From assembly GCF_030684315.1 (NCBI RefSeq), contig NC_081379.1, forward strand, positions 42,530,381 through 42,594,380: a stretch of 64,000 nucleotides of DNA, given 5' to 3'. This DNA is from Stegostoma tigrinum. Its lineage: Eukaryota. This document shows, one piece after another, positions 23,847-36,867 of this stretch. A program made the translations under genes and the position numbers. Every line of letters begins with the position of its first letter. The stretch's first letter is position 1. The notes beneath the pieces are model-generated. The model saw only the letters and a list, made by a program, of their open reading frames with translations. It searched no databases and had not been told where the DNA came from.

Positions 23847-25863
23847 GTAAGTAAATTTTTGGTCACCTGCGCACCAAGTGTCGCTTTGAGTTTGACATTT
23901 TTGTGGAAAATCACCGAATCCCAAAACACCGGCCCGAGTCTCGCCCAGGAATTGTATCCGGAGCCTCAAAGCCCCGGTTCAACCATTCAAAACACTAATT
24001 ACAATTTTCGCTCGATGCCTTTTTCATTCGAGTGAAAACAGCGCCGCGATATAAGCGCCGTTCCAAGTGTGAGACTGCGAAGCCATCTCTAAGCAATGAA
24101 AATCGCTCAGTCCAAGATTCTCACATTAATCCCAAGGGCTAGCAGGAACTTTTTTTTTGCGTTGCTCTCAGCCAGTTTGATCAACGCTAATCCAAATTCT
24201 GCGTTAACGCAGTCACAGCCAGGATCTCTCAGAATACGGTCAGATTGTTGATCTGAGACTGGCAACTCTGCTGTGAGCTACACGCGCTGTTGTGACTGAC
24301 TTTGGAACTTACTGTCATAACCAACTGTAGCGTTTTAGTTTCTAGATCACTAACTAGAAAAAGGACTGTTTTAATCTTCGGATTATGTACACCGTTTCAC
24401 TCAGTGTTTGCAGCTGTACGGTATCGGCGCGAAAGGTTATTTACTTACAGAAGAAACGATAAAAATCCTGCTTTGAAATTGTTACAACGGGGTTACAATT
24501 TATAGTCAGCACTATGAGAATAATTCTGTTTAATCAGAAGCAAGAGAATAAACTGGTTGCTAAACGCTACATCGTATACAAGCTTGAAGGCAGTTGGGAA
24601 CCGGTTGTTGGGACTGGGTAGGGGTGCAGGAGGGGAGTGTGCTGGTAGTGACCGGATGAGCGGAGATAGTGCCCAAAGAGAGAGAAAGACAGCTAGGCAG
24701 ATAAAAGGGTGGATATTCATATGTCAAGGGGAAAGACAAACTCATAATGGGGACCATAAATAAGTGCAGATGGGTTGGCAGGACAGAAAGAAGCTCAAGG
24801 AACTCAGAGTTGGTGTAACACAACCTCGGGACAGGTCAGTGGCTGTCAATGCACACGCTAGAAGTGCTGCGCGTATGTTTCTGTGGCGTAACATACGCGA
24901 GACCGTGCACCGGTGGACAGCGTTGTGACAGCGAGCTGCTGTGGTTGGCGGCATTGTCTAAGGGATCGCTTTTGCCAGGTCATTGTGTTTGCATTTCGCC
25001 GACAGTGACTGATTATGCTTATTCAATATGGTTACAATGTTGGCAAACATTTCTTGGAAACTCATTCGCTTTGGTGAAATGGTTTTTTTAATCGCCGTGG
25101 ATGTCTCCGATTTTTGTATTTCGAACGCGAGGGGAGAGCCCTCTGCGATTTTCCAGTGCTGTCGCCGACAAGGATGGGAGCGGAAAAAGGTGCAAACGAA
25201 TAATAGAGCTGAGCCTTAGGAATAGTAGCTGTACAGAAATACAGATATCATCCTAAAAAGCCCACATCCACACCTAACCTCTACCACTAAAAATAAGCGA
25301 AGCACGCAAGAATCAAGATGACAGTGGGATTTATGGAATAAATGTTGCAAAATGTTGTCTTAGCAGCATTGGTTCCAGGTTTTATACCAAATTCTAATTT
25401 GCCGGTTTTTACCTTGTTTCTAATCCTCGGGTCCTGGGACACTGTGACAGGCCGCGTCAGAGCAGTATATTTGAACGGGCTGCTGAGATCCCGTCTTATT
25501 TTAAACAGGACTAAAAACTGGCGATGCAGAAAATCTGAAACAAAAACAGAGAGTTGTTGAAGAAACTCAGCAGGCCGTATCTGTAAAGAGAAAAACAGAA
25601 TTGACATTTGGAGTTCAATGACTGCGAGGTTTACTCTGCTGTTTTTCTCCAACACTCTTATTGTCCAGTATTATATATTTTCCGTTTTAACATTTTCTCA
25701 CGTTGAAGAATCTTCATTTTTTAACGTTACAGTTAGTAACAGTAAAACCATCTTCTCGGGTTATATCCTCCCTAGAGCTGCGGGTCTCAGTTTCTCCGAT
25801 TTGAAAAAAAAGTAAAATATTAACTCCACTTTTAAGCCAATTTCATTTCTTTCTACATTACAG

Positions 25864-26186
25864 ATCCACGGATTCCCACAGTTTTCCTCCTTCCGCCTTC
25901 ATCAGTTCAAATTACAGAACAGAACAAGGCGACCCTGGTGTGTTTGGTGAGCGGTTTTAGTCCGGGCGCCGTAGACATTGAGTGGACAGTTGACGGCAGT
26001 GGCAGGGGTAATGGTGTTGAGACCAGTCGGATCCAGCAGGAGGCGGACAACACGTTCAGTGTAAGCAGTTATCTGACCCTGTCAACCTCAGAGTGGAACT
26101 CACATGAGCTTTACTCCTGTGGGGTTAAGCACGAGGCTCTAACAAATCCGCTTCAAAGAACTATTGCGAGATCCAAATGCATCTGA
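25864..26186 (+). CDS. IGL: Ig lambda (type II) light chain gene 1, constant exon
   Basis: Polypyrimidine + CAG acceptor. (D)[48 protein letters not shown]. Splice phase matches the VJ exon. Confidence 0.95.
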
Positions 26187-26381
26187 TAGAAGATTATTGT
26201 GCATTTATTCCTCACCTTATTAGAGAAGCTTCTTGAAAACTAAGTTGCCGATTTGCTATTACTCGCTCAATTTTAAATGGAACATTTCAAACTGCCACAA
26301 TTGTTCTGTTTTCCGTAGTTTGTCGCGTTTTCACCCTGAAAACATTAAAGTTTCCATGTAACGTTGCAAATATCGCTTTCT

Positions 26382-26387
26382 AATAAA
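26382..26387 (+). terminator. Candidate polyadenylation signal for Ig light chain gene 1
   Basis: AATAAA about 195 bp after the stop, followed by GT-rich sequence. Confidence 0.6.
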
Positions 26388-28799
26388 ATGTGTGTTCCAT
26401 GATCTCTGATGTGGAAGTTATTACTTTTAGCCCGATGACCCTGAAGCCGCTTATAGCAACATTCTGAATGTGATGAAAAAGTCAAGTTTAATGATTTATG
26501 CTTTTTTGGGCACATCGCGTATGTTAGTTGGGATACAGAACTTGCATGCAAGCAGGAGGCGTTGTTTGAATCTAATATTTTAAGAAATTAATTTACGACA
26601 TCCTCCGAGCTATACTTTCTGCGCTTGTTAATGTCAAATGCACATTGTTAATGTGCCAACGCATCTGGGTTTACAAATTCAGTGTAATCCTATACCTGCC
26701 TTTTTCTGTGAAACCAGGCTCTAATTCCGCAGTGCAGTTACTGACATTGCACGGCACTTGTCTTCCCGAAATAATCCAACATCTTTTGCCCTTGCTCATC
26801 GTTGTTATTTTGACATGAATGTTAAAATATTTTGCGAAACACAGCTGCAGATTTTGTGGGGCCTTTATCAGAAATCAACTTAATTAAGAACCGTGCTTTT
26901 AACATTCTACTTCAGAGTAATCGTGAACTCGTTGAGTATTTACTTACAATATATTGTCTTTCTTTGGACTGACTGAGCAAATCAATACATCACAAAATAC
27001 AGAAATTTAACTTGCTAAAACGATCTGAAGTTTATTTTGAAAAAGTTTTATCGGTGATAACCTATAAAGAACATTTTGTCAGATTGAATGCAGATGCGCT
27101 CATTTATGGCACCAGACAACAAACAAGGGCCCGAGAAGAGATACACTTGGAACATCAAAAAAAGTTTGCGAAGTGGGTTAGTGCAGAGCTAGGAGATATA
27201 AATAAATCTTCGCTATCTACGGATACACAAAGAAAACTGTTAGCAATTGGATGGGAGGCCGGAGAAAGCAAGCAGGGAGGAAGGATTCGTTTCCTCGTCG
27301 CCTGGCTTGGGAAACTGGGCTCCGGAAGCATTCAATTCCAGCATAACCGCTTTTTAGTACACGTGGTAACGACTTGAGAGAAAGTGTAGCGAGATGTATA
27401 TACGAGTTTGCAGATGGCACAACATTAATTGTGACATGACGTCCGGAATGAAATCCCGTAGACAACGTAAATATCCAAAATACTGACTGGAAAAGATCAG
27501 CAGTGACAAATGATGCGTCCACACAGAATAACATAAATGGAAACTTTACTCAATACTCAGACGGTCTGAACTGCGATTAGTGAATAAGTTTAGGTGTTCA
27601 AGTAAAAACACACTGAAAACTCGTGCACAGGTGTAATACGAAATGAAAACGGGAAGTATAATGTTGGTGTTTGTCACAAGATGATTGGAATTAAAATTAT
27701 GAGGTAATATTTCTCAAGTACAGAGTCGAAGTCAGACAATATTTGCAACAGTACACTCAGTTTTTGGTACTTCACCTCCTGACGCCCCAAAACCTGTCCA
27801 CCATCTACAAGGCACGAACAAGGCATGTGATAGAATACTTTCTACTTTCCTGCCCGATTTAAGCTCCAGCGCCTTGCATACCTAAAGAAAAAGCATCAAC
27901 ATAGCAATACCACCGTACAGGAATATGTTCATGCCATGCATGATGGGAAATGCGTGACTGACAGAGCTAAACAAAACCCCAACTATTTAAACAGATCTAA
28001 ACTCTCTTAATCCCCGCATGTCTAATCCTGAATGATTGTCAACATCTAAACAACTAACTGGAGGCGAACACATCATAAATAGCCTCCTTCGCCAAGCCCA
28101 CGTTGGAGTCTTGGAGTCAGTGACGGGCGTCCGAGGCCGAAAGAAGGGACGAGAAAAGGAGAAAAAAAATGAAAAAGAACTTACCGCTCCGCCGCCATTT
28201 TACCATTTGGCCGAAAGAGCTGAATATTGGAATGTCTATTGGCTTTGAGAACATTCCGACAACAGTATAGAACTATTTTTAACCAAAGTTGGCCTTACCC
28301 TAAGCCAGACTGTCCTTGTACAAATGGAACTCTGGAATTTAATGGACAATTTGTCCAACTATTCCTTGTACGCTAAAAGCAGGGCACATCCAACGCGAGC
28401 AATTAGATTCCATCATTGAACTCTTAGCCATTAGCAAAGTGATGGAATGTGCCATGGACAGAGCTGTCAAGAAACATTTTGTCAAGATGAACCAACTGAC
28501 TGACATTCATTTTGCGTTCCACCAGCTCAACCCAGTACATAAAATCGTTTACAGGTTTTGTCCAAATGTGGACAGCAGAAATGAGGAGGATTGCGCTTGA
28601 CGTTAAAGTATTATCTGACCAATTGAGGCAGTAAGAAACATAGCAAACCTGGAGTCAAGCAGAATCAGGGTAAAAGAATGTGCAAACAATATTAAATAAC
28701 AAAGTCAACGGTTCGGATCCAAGATATAAGGTGTGCGCCTCCTGGGTAGCCGTAACTTTCTTGCCTCGCTCTGCCTCAGCACGCAATGACCTGTATGTC

Positions 28800-29008
28800 A
28801 GATAACAAGGTCTGGATGAACACAGCAGGTCAAGCAGCATCAGAGGAGCCGGAAGGCTGACGCTTCGGGTCTAGGCCCTTCTTCAAAAACGGTCTAGGCC
28901 CGAAGCGTCAGCTTTCCTGCTCTTCTGATGCTGCTTGGCCTGCTGTGTCCATCCAGCTCCATACCTTGTTATCTCAGATTCTCCAGCATCTGCAGTTCCT
29001 ACTATCTC
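28800..29008. mobile_element. Short Penelope-derived fold-back insert
   Basis: Inverted arms of the Penelope 3' repeat. 14-bp TSD ATGACCTGTATGTC at 28786-28799 and 29009-29022. Confidence 0.85.
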
Positions 29009-29879
29009 ATGACCTGTATGTCCTTGTTTGCTGTGATCTGCCTGTACTGCTCACAGAACAAAAGCTCTTCATAGTACTTAGGTACATGTAACTACAATAA
29101 ATTAAATTAAATCAAGTAGTTTAACTAATACATGTAAGAAGGAGCTCAAAAATACTCCCATGTGTTCCATATAGTTGTGACCTTTGTATACAGTTACACG
29201 CCCCTTTCAGCGTGGAAAATCGACCTATCACGAACCATCGTGCATGTCACATGCTCTAGCTGCCAATTAAATGCTTCAAGCTAGTTGTTTAGGAGCCAAG
29301 TACTTTCCAAAACGCAAACTTGTTACAGTTAAATGGAGGAGATTTTTAAAAACTGCGTGCTCCATAAAAACAGGAGAAAATTAACATGTTTTCCGAATAG
29401 TATTTCATGCTAGTTAAAATCCCTAACTTTGTAATTAGCTATTCCCAAAAAAACATGCAATGTTCTGATTAGCCAGAAGGTGCAAATCCGATCCCTGACT
29501 TCGGGTCTTAATCTGAGACTCGGCTCGGACTGCATTCTGATCCTTAACTAAAATATAATTGACTCGTACCGGCAGGATTTTGATTTATGACGTGAAACCA
29601 TGTGGTGAGTCCTGCTATCTTTGGGACCCCTATCTACCCTAATTGCACCTTATCTTAAAAATATTACAGAATTTGGCCTTTTTCTTTATTGCTATCAGTT
29701 TATGAAAGAGGATATAATCATTCTTTCTGCTTTCCATTTCCTGGTCTTAGATATATGTCGCATATGGCATGCAGTGTCTCCTAAATAATTCTTCATACCA
29801 CGGCTATTCTTCTTTTCATCCTCACTCTCCATTATACTAGTTTTTGTCTTTTATTTTATTTCTGCCTTCACAGGAAACA

Positions 29880-30700
29880 TCTCCACTGGTTGGATTCATT
29901 CCTCGCATAAAGGAAGATAGTCGCAGTTGTTGGAGGTCAGTCATCTCAGCCATAGGACATCACTGCAGGAGTGCATCGGGATTATGTCCTAGGTCTACTC
30001 ATTTTCGGCGACTTGATAAATGATCTACCCTCCAACATAAACTGTCAAAACTGTGATATCCTATGATGATCACACAATGTGCAGCACCACTCCATTCGAT
30101 ACTGAAACTGACTACATGCATATACAGTAAGATCCAGGTAACATTCCAATTTGATTTGATTCACAGCAAGTAACATTTGCATGACATGTATAACAGTCAA
30201 TGTCTATCTCCATCAAGAAAGAAGCCAAACATTATTCTTTGACATTCAATGAAATTTCCATAGCTGTGTCTGCTGATATTAACAACCTGGGGCTATCATT
30301 GACCAGACAGGCTGTTGTTCTCACAGTATAAGTACGTTGGCAGTTGAAATATGGTGGCGGCTGGATATTCTATGAGAATAAAATATGTAAATTTTGCAGT
30401 GAGTACCGTGACTCCGCAGTGCTTGTGTACCGCTGCTAGGCATACGGCAGGAGCATGACGGACTACTCCCCACTTGCTGCATGACTGCATCACCAATAAT
30501 ACGCAGCGAGTTTCATACCACCCCAAAACAAAACAGTTCGCTTGAATAGCCAACCATCTAACATACTCAGCATTCACTCCCTTCACCGTCAACTCTCAGC
30601 AGCAGAAACGCGTGTCATCTAGAAGATGCAGTGCAAACAACAGGGCTCCTTAAAGAGCACTTTCCAAACCCGCCAACTCTACCACTTCCACTTTTTCAAA
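29880..30700 (+). mobile_element. Old LINE RT remnant
   Basis: Degenerate similarity to 32900-33700 (VVGGQSS..AGV..VLG). Confidence 0.55.
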
Positions 30701-31116
30701 GTAAACTGTTAACGTACAGGCTAGGTTTGACAGTGATCTCATTTCCTTCCCTTCCATTGGTAACACAGTATGGTGACACAAAAATTTCCCTGCGTTCAGA
30801 CACACCTGGAGAACTTGATCTCAGCACTGACTGAAAGATGGCTGTGGGCGGGGGGGGGGGGGGGGGGGAGGAAGTTTTGAAACACTTGTGCTCGAGTTGT
30901 GGAGATTATCCTACTGGGCAGATTAGGTATGTGTTCCCTAGCTTGTAGAAGACTGAGAAGTAATTTCTTTGAAACATAATAGATAGAGTATTGTTTCCCA
31001 GGCAGTTTAGGTGAGAAAGAGCAGGCATAATACCAGAACAAGCCTCTTAAGAATGAGATAAAGGGAAAAAATCGTTTCTTTATGAAATGTATTTTGGATA
31101 TCTGTTTTCTGCCATG

Positions 31117-31267
31117 TAATAATGGGAACTGCAGATGCTGGAGAATCCAAGATAATAAAATGTGAGGCTGGATGAATACAGCAGGCCCAGCAGCATCTCA
31201 GGAGCACCTGTGCTCCTGAGATGCTGCTGGGCCTGCTGTATTCATCCAGCCTCACATTTTATTATCT
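31117..31267. mobile_element. Short Penelope-derived near-perfect palindrome
   Basis: Arms of about 59 bp (31149-31268). 14-bp TSD TGTTTTCTGCCATG at 31103-31116 and 31268-31281. Confidence 0.9.
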
Positions 31268-31659
31268 TGTTTTCTGCCATGCCAGCTTTAGATGAACGAT
31301 TAGTAATTGAGCATGTTGGAAGCAGGATAATTTTACATATTGAATGATTGATGGGAGTTAGAGTAAGATGCAAAATTGGAATTGCGGTGAGGAATATCGA
31401 TGAGGTTATTCAAAAACCTGACGATTTAAGGGGACCGCTCCTGTTCATAGTAATTTTCGTGTCGCTCATTTTAATTTGATTGCAAATGAAAAAGACCGTT
31501 CTTCTGACAGGTGGTGGCGCTGTCGAGCAGCCTTAGCTCAACTGCAGTGTGTCTCAAAAATTCTGGCGTAATGTGACACTGACTAAAATGATCTGGAAAT
31601 AAACTAAACGAAAATAAGCACGTATAACTCAAATACCTGCCGCATGCGATAAAATCAAG

Positions 31660-33900
31660 CCATTACTTGACCTCATTCTGACCTGCTTGACCTCATTCTC
31701 ACCAATCTGCCAGTTGCAGAAGCGTTTGCCCATAACGGTATCCATAAGAGTGACCACCACACAGTCGTCGTGCAGACGAAGTCCCGCCTTCACGTTGAGG
31801 ATGTGTTGTATGCCACAATCACCCTACTAAAGGTGAAAGACTTAGAACGGACCTATCAACTCAAGGCTGAGCATCCATGAGGCGCTGTGAGTCATCAACA
31901 GCAGCAGAATTGCACTCCAGCACAATCTGTAGCCTCGTCACCCAGCATATTCCCCAACCCTGGTTCAATGGAGAGTGCAGGAGGGCATGCCAGGGTCAGC
32001 ACAAGGCATACTTGAAGATGAGGTATCAACTGGTGATGCCAACAAACAGGACTACTTGCGCGCCAGACCGCATAAGCAGCAAGTGATAGATCGAGCTAAC
32101 AAATGGATAACCATCCACAACCAGCTCAGCTTTGCAGTCGTGCCACATCCTATCATGAGTGATTGTGGGCAATTAAACAACTCACTGGAGGAAGAGGCTC
32201 CGCAAATATTCCTGTTCTCAATGATGGAAGAGCCCTGCACATCAGTGCAAAAGATAAGGCGGACGCTTTTACAGCAATGTTCAGCCAGAAGTGCTGAGTG
32301 GATGATCCATCTCGACCTCATCCAGTGGTCCACATATTACAGATACCAGTCATCAGTTAATTCCGTTCACTCCACGTGATATCAAGAAACGGTTGGAGAC
32401 AATGAACACTAAAAAGGCTACAGGACCTGACAAAATTCCGGCAACTGTACTGAAGACTTGTGCTCCAAAACTTGCCAGTCCCCAGCCAAGCTGTTCCAGT
32501 ACAGTTACAGCACTGGTATCTAGCCAACAAGGTGTAAAATTGCCCAGGGATGCCCTGTACATACAAAGCAGGACAAATCCAATCCAGCCAATTACCACTC
32601 CAACAGTCTACTCTCAAACAACAGTAAAGTGATGGGAAGTGTCATCAACACTCTTTTCAAGTAGTAACTGCTCAACAATAACTTGATCAGTGATTCCCTG
32701 TTTGGGTTCTGCCGGGGCCATTCACCTCCTGACGTCATTACACCCTTGGACCAAACATGGATAAAAGATCTGACTTCCACAGTTGAGGTAAGAGTGACAG
32801 CCCTTGACATGAAGGCTGCAATCGACTGCATGCAGCATCAGGAAGCCTCGGCAAAACTTGAATCCTTGGGTATCAGGGGACAAACTCTTGGTGCTTGGAG
32901 TCATACTTGACAAAGAGGAAAATGGTTGTGGTTGGATGATGTCAATCATCTCAGCTCCAGGACATCTCTGGAAGTGTTCCTCAGGATAGTGTCCGAGGCC
33001 GAACCACCTTCAGCTGCTTCAACAATTATCTTCCCTCCACCATAAGGTCACAAGTGGAGATGTTCACTGATGATTGCACAATGTCCAACATCACTCCTCA
33101 GATACTGAAGCAGTCCATGTTCAAATGCAACATGACCTGGACAATATCAAGGCTTGAGCTTACAAGTGGTAAGTAACATTCGCACCACACAAATACCAGG
33201 CTAAGTCCATTGCCAATGAGAGATAATCCAACCACTGCTACTTAGCATTAAATGGTGTTACCATCAATGAGACTTCCATTATAAATATCCTGGGGGCTAT
33301 CATAGACTAGAAACTCAACTGGACTCACACATAAAGACAGTGGCTACAAGTCCAGGTTAGAGATTAGGAATACTGTAGCGAGTAACTCACCTCCTGACTC
33401 CTCAATGTTTTGTCCGCCATTTTCAAAGCCCACGTCAGGAGTGTGATGGAATGCTCCTCACTTGCCTGGATGAGTGCAACCCCAACAATACTCAAGAAAC
33501 TCGACACCTTCCACGACAAAGCACCCTGCTTGATTGGTGCCACATCCATTAGCATCCATTCCCTCCACCACCTGCCCTTCAGTAGCAGCAGTGCATACCA
33601 TCTACAGGATGCACTGCAGAAATTCACCAAAGATCATCAGACAGTACCTTCCAAACCTATGACCACTTCCATCAAGATGGACAAAGGCAGCAGATATTTG
33701 GGAACACCACCATCTTCAATTTTTCCTCCAAGCTACTCACTATTCTGACTTGGAAATATATGGCCATTCCTTCACTGTCTCTGAGTCAGAATTCTGGAAT
33801 TCCCTCCCTAACGGCATTGTGGGTCATCCCACAGCAGGTGGACTGCAGTGGTTCGAGAAGGCAGCTCACTAGTATCTTCGGAATGGCGAACAATAAATGT
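31660..33900 (+). mobile_element. Degraded CR1/L2-clade LINE ORF2 remnant
   Basis: KATGPDKIPATVLKTCAPKLASP, LFGFCRGHS, ALDMKAAID, VPQDSV..P and FTDD motifs with many stops. Confidence 0.8.
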
Positions 33901-34622
33901 CGCCAGCTGGCAAGGCCTATTTTCCACAAAATGATTTTTCTGAAAAAAAACAAAAAAGTAGAATTCTACAGTTTCAGTCCTTTGCCAACATGTAAGAAAC
34001 GAATCAGAATTGTTCTTTCCCCTTCTGTGGTGTAAATTATTTAATATGATTTAGATTAGCGTACAAGAGGGCTGATTGCAAAGCAGTGACTTGCTGCGAA
34101 TCAAATTGCGAAACAAGATAAACAGGTACTTCAACAAATGCTTTAATTTTCTCACACTCCTATCGTGCTGTCTCGTGTTTTACTGTTAATGAATTCTGTT
34201 ACTGCTGCAGAATGAACGCACTTGGCCCACGTGTTGTGAGTTCCAGTAAATTATTTGTTTGCACAAATTCCCGGTTTTGTCTGTAATTGTATTCGCTTTA
34301 TTTATGTCTGCCCTCCAACCATCCAGTTCCAGCCAATGCGTGGTTTTCTTTCAATCTTGTCTTAGCCTGTTGTGTTTTAGAAAGAAGCAGGCGTTGTTAG
34401 CATTAACTCAATGATCACAGCTATTAGATACGCCAAGTCCTTGGATTCCAACCACGTCAGGTACAAGCGGCACATTTAAAATGCATATTCTGGAGACTTC
34501 TTTCAGAATGATTTGTAATCATTCCTGTACTAATTGCTCTATATTGTCACAAAACTGTAAAATGGTACGCACAAGTTATTGTCTAAACGAATAAAATGCA
34601 AAGGCAGCAAAATAACATTAAG

Positions 34623-35072
34623 AGAGATAATGGGAACTGCAGATGCTGGAGAATTCCAAGATAATAAAATGAGGCTGGATGAACACAGCAGGCCAAGCAG
34701 CATCTCAGGAGCACAAAAGCTGACGTTTCGGGCCTAGACCCTTCATCAGAGAGGGGGATGGGGAGAGGGAACTGGAATAAATAAGGAGAGAGGGGGAGGC
34801 GGACCGAAGATGGAGAAAAGAAGATAGGTGGAGAGAGTATAGGTGGGGAGGTAGGGAGGGGATAGGTCAGTCCAGGGAAGACGGACAGGTCAAGGAGGTG
34901 GGATGAGGTTAGTAGGTAGCTGGGGGTGCGGCTTGGGGTGGGAGGAAGGGATGGGTGAGAGGAAGAACCGGTTAGGGAGGCAGAGACGGTCTAGGCCCGA
35001 AACGTCAGCTTTTGTGCTCCTGAGATGCTGCTTGGCCTGCTGTGTTCATCCAGCCTCACATTTTATTATCTT
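34623..35072. mobile_element. Penelope 3' end (minus strand) with short inverted arm
   Basis: Reverse complement of about 5030-5364 plus an inverted terminal segment. 14-bp TSD AAAATAACATTAAG at 34609-34622 and 35073-35086. Confidence 0.88.
34722..34749 (-). ncRNA. Minimal hammerhead ribozyme core (Penelope-associated)
   Basis: CUGAUGA-A-GGGU CUAG GCCC-GAAAC-GUC on the minus strand. Confidence 0.7.
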
Positions 35073-35850
35073 AAAATAACATTAAGTATGTGTAGAATCT
35101 GCGCTAGACAATATGATTGTAATGTACACCCACTTAAAATTATGCTTAACATAAGAGTTGACGATTCGTGAAAAAGTAAGAGACCAAGAGTACAGATAAA
35201 GGATTTTGTTTTTGATTGTCAAGGCGTGTCAAGTGCAGTTCCCCTGGAGTCGGTGTTGGAGCCTCAGTTTAAAATGATTTGCACGTACCATTCTGTGTGG
35301 AAGTCAACAGGAATCAGTAACTTCTAAGGTGCAGAGAACTGTGTTGAACAGACTGATTAAATTGCAGAATAAGATGGCACAATCTAAGAACTAGAGCTAA
35401 ACCATTTCGGATAAATACAAACTAAATGGCAAATTGCAAAATTGGGAATATTTGTGAAGCCTCCTTCAACTATGCAAAAGTCTGTCCGTTCAGCCTCTAA
35501 AACCAAGACCTATAGGATTCAAACTTCCTCACTCTTTTGCACGTCTAAAAATAAATTCGCGACTCATTTTCTACTCATCCAACTTGTTCTTCGCGAGGGC
35601 CACGTAACTACTCTACTGGTTATCGCCTTTAGCTTTATAATTTATTGCTAACTAAGGGCGTCTAAAAACCCTACCATAGTTTTATCTAACTGGTATTTCT
35701 TGTTGCACAGCATTTTTTACTTCGCCGCATTCAATTATCCTTGTTGTGCCATCTATGTTTTAACCAAATCTTTCGTCATATTTTGCTAGAATAGGTGGAA
35801 TGAACAGTGCGCAGATGTCGTTGATTCCTGCGGTCCCGTTGGTCCGATGT

Positions 35851-36470
35851 CACGTGATTACAGATTTGCATAAATCATTCACATTCAGTGACTTTGCCAG
35901 GTTTGTAGACACTTAATGGGAGGTTTGGAAAGGTCTCAGATATACATTATTATATCAGGCACGAGAACGTTCATCCACAGCCTGGAGTTCTCTCTGTCTC
36001 CCCAATAAGAGATGCAAACCTCTATTGCTGCATTTTTACATTGATCTGTATTTTATAATGTTTGCGTCAGAGTTTAATGCCTTGAGTTATGAATAACTTT
36101 CGCAATGGAAAAGTGCAATTGAGCAAATGCTTCTTATTTCACTAGGCTCAAACGGGGACTTTGTCCTGACTCAGCCGGGATTCACCTCAACATTCCCGGC
36201 GGAAACAGCGAATATCACCTGCACCATGTCCGGGAGCAACATCGGCTGCTAATAAACCAGCTGGTACTGGCAGAAAGCCGGCAGCGCCCCAGTGTTGGTT
36301 TGGAGTGAGTACTCCGGAATTCCACTAGGTATTTCAAATCTATCCAGTGGGCCCGTGGATTCGTCAAGTAACAGGATGTACTTCACTATTACCAACGTGC
36401 AATCAGAGTAGCCGCTGATTATTTCTGTTGTGGATTACACTTTCGGGAGAGGAGCCAAGTTGGGCCTTCA
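35851..36470 (+). pseudogene. Ig lambda (type II) pseudogene 2: promoter, decayed leader, joined VJ; no C exon seen
   Basis: CACGTG at 35851 and ATTTGCAT at 35864-35871. Leader ATG and donor lost. VJ exon 36146-36470 (DFVLTQPG..NITCTMSG..WYWQK..FGRGAKL) has TAA TAA at 36250-36255 and a frameshift near the second Cys. Confidence 0.9.
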
Positions 36471-36488
36471 GTAAGTAAATAATTGACA

Positions 36489-36825
36489 TGGATGTGAATT
36501 TGCTCGCTGAGCTGGAAGGTTAGTTTTCAGACGTTTCATCGCCATCCTAGGTAACATCATCAGTGAGCCTCCGGTGAAGCGCTGGTGTTATGTCCCGCTT
36601 TCTATTTATCTGTTCAGATTTCCTTGGGTTGGTGATGTCACTAACCCAAGGAAACCTAAACAGATAAATAGAAAGCGGGACATAACACCAGCGCTTCATC
36701 GGAGGTTCACTGATGATGTTACCTAGAATAGTGATGAAACGTCTGAAAACTAACCTTCCAGCTCAGCGAGCAAATTCACATCCAGAAACTCAACCTGAGC
36801 TACAAATCTTCTCAAAACTCGCTGG
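36489..36825. mobile_element. Second-family Penelope-like fold-back (arms about 148 bp + 41-bp tail)
   Basis: 36489-36784 is self-complementary. 10-bp TSD ATAATTGACA at 36479-36488 and 36826-36835. Confidence 0.88.
36710..36743 (+). ncRNA. Minimal hammerhead ribozyme core (mirror copy on the minus strand at 36530-36563)
   Basis: UUCA-CUGAUGA-U-GUUAC..GUGAU-GAAAC-GUC-UGAA. Flanking UUCA/UGAA can form stem I. Confidence 0.68.
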
Positions 36826-36867
36826 ATAATTGACAATCCGAAAATTGGAATTCGGGATTAACCAATG

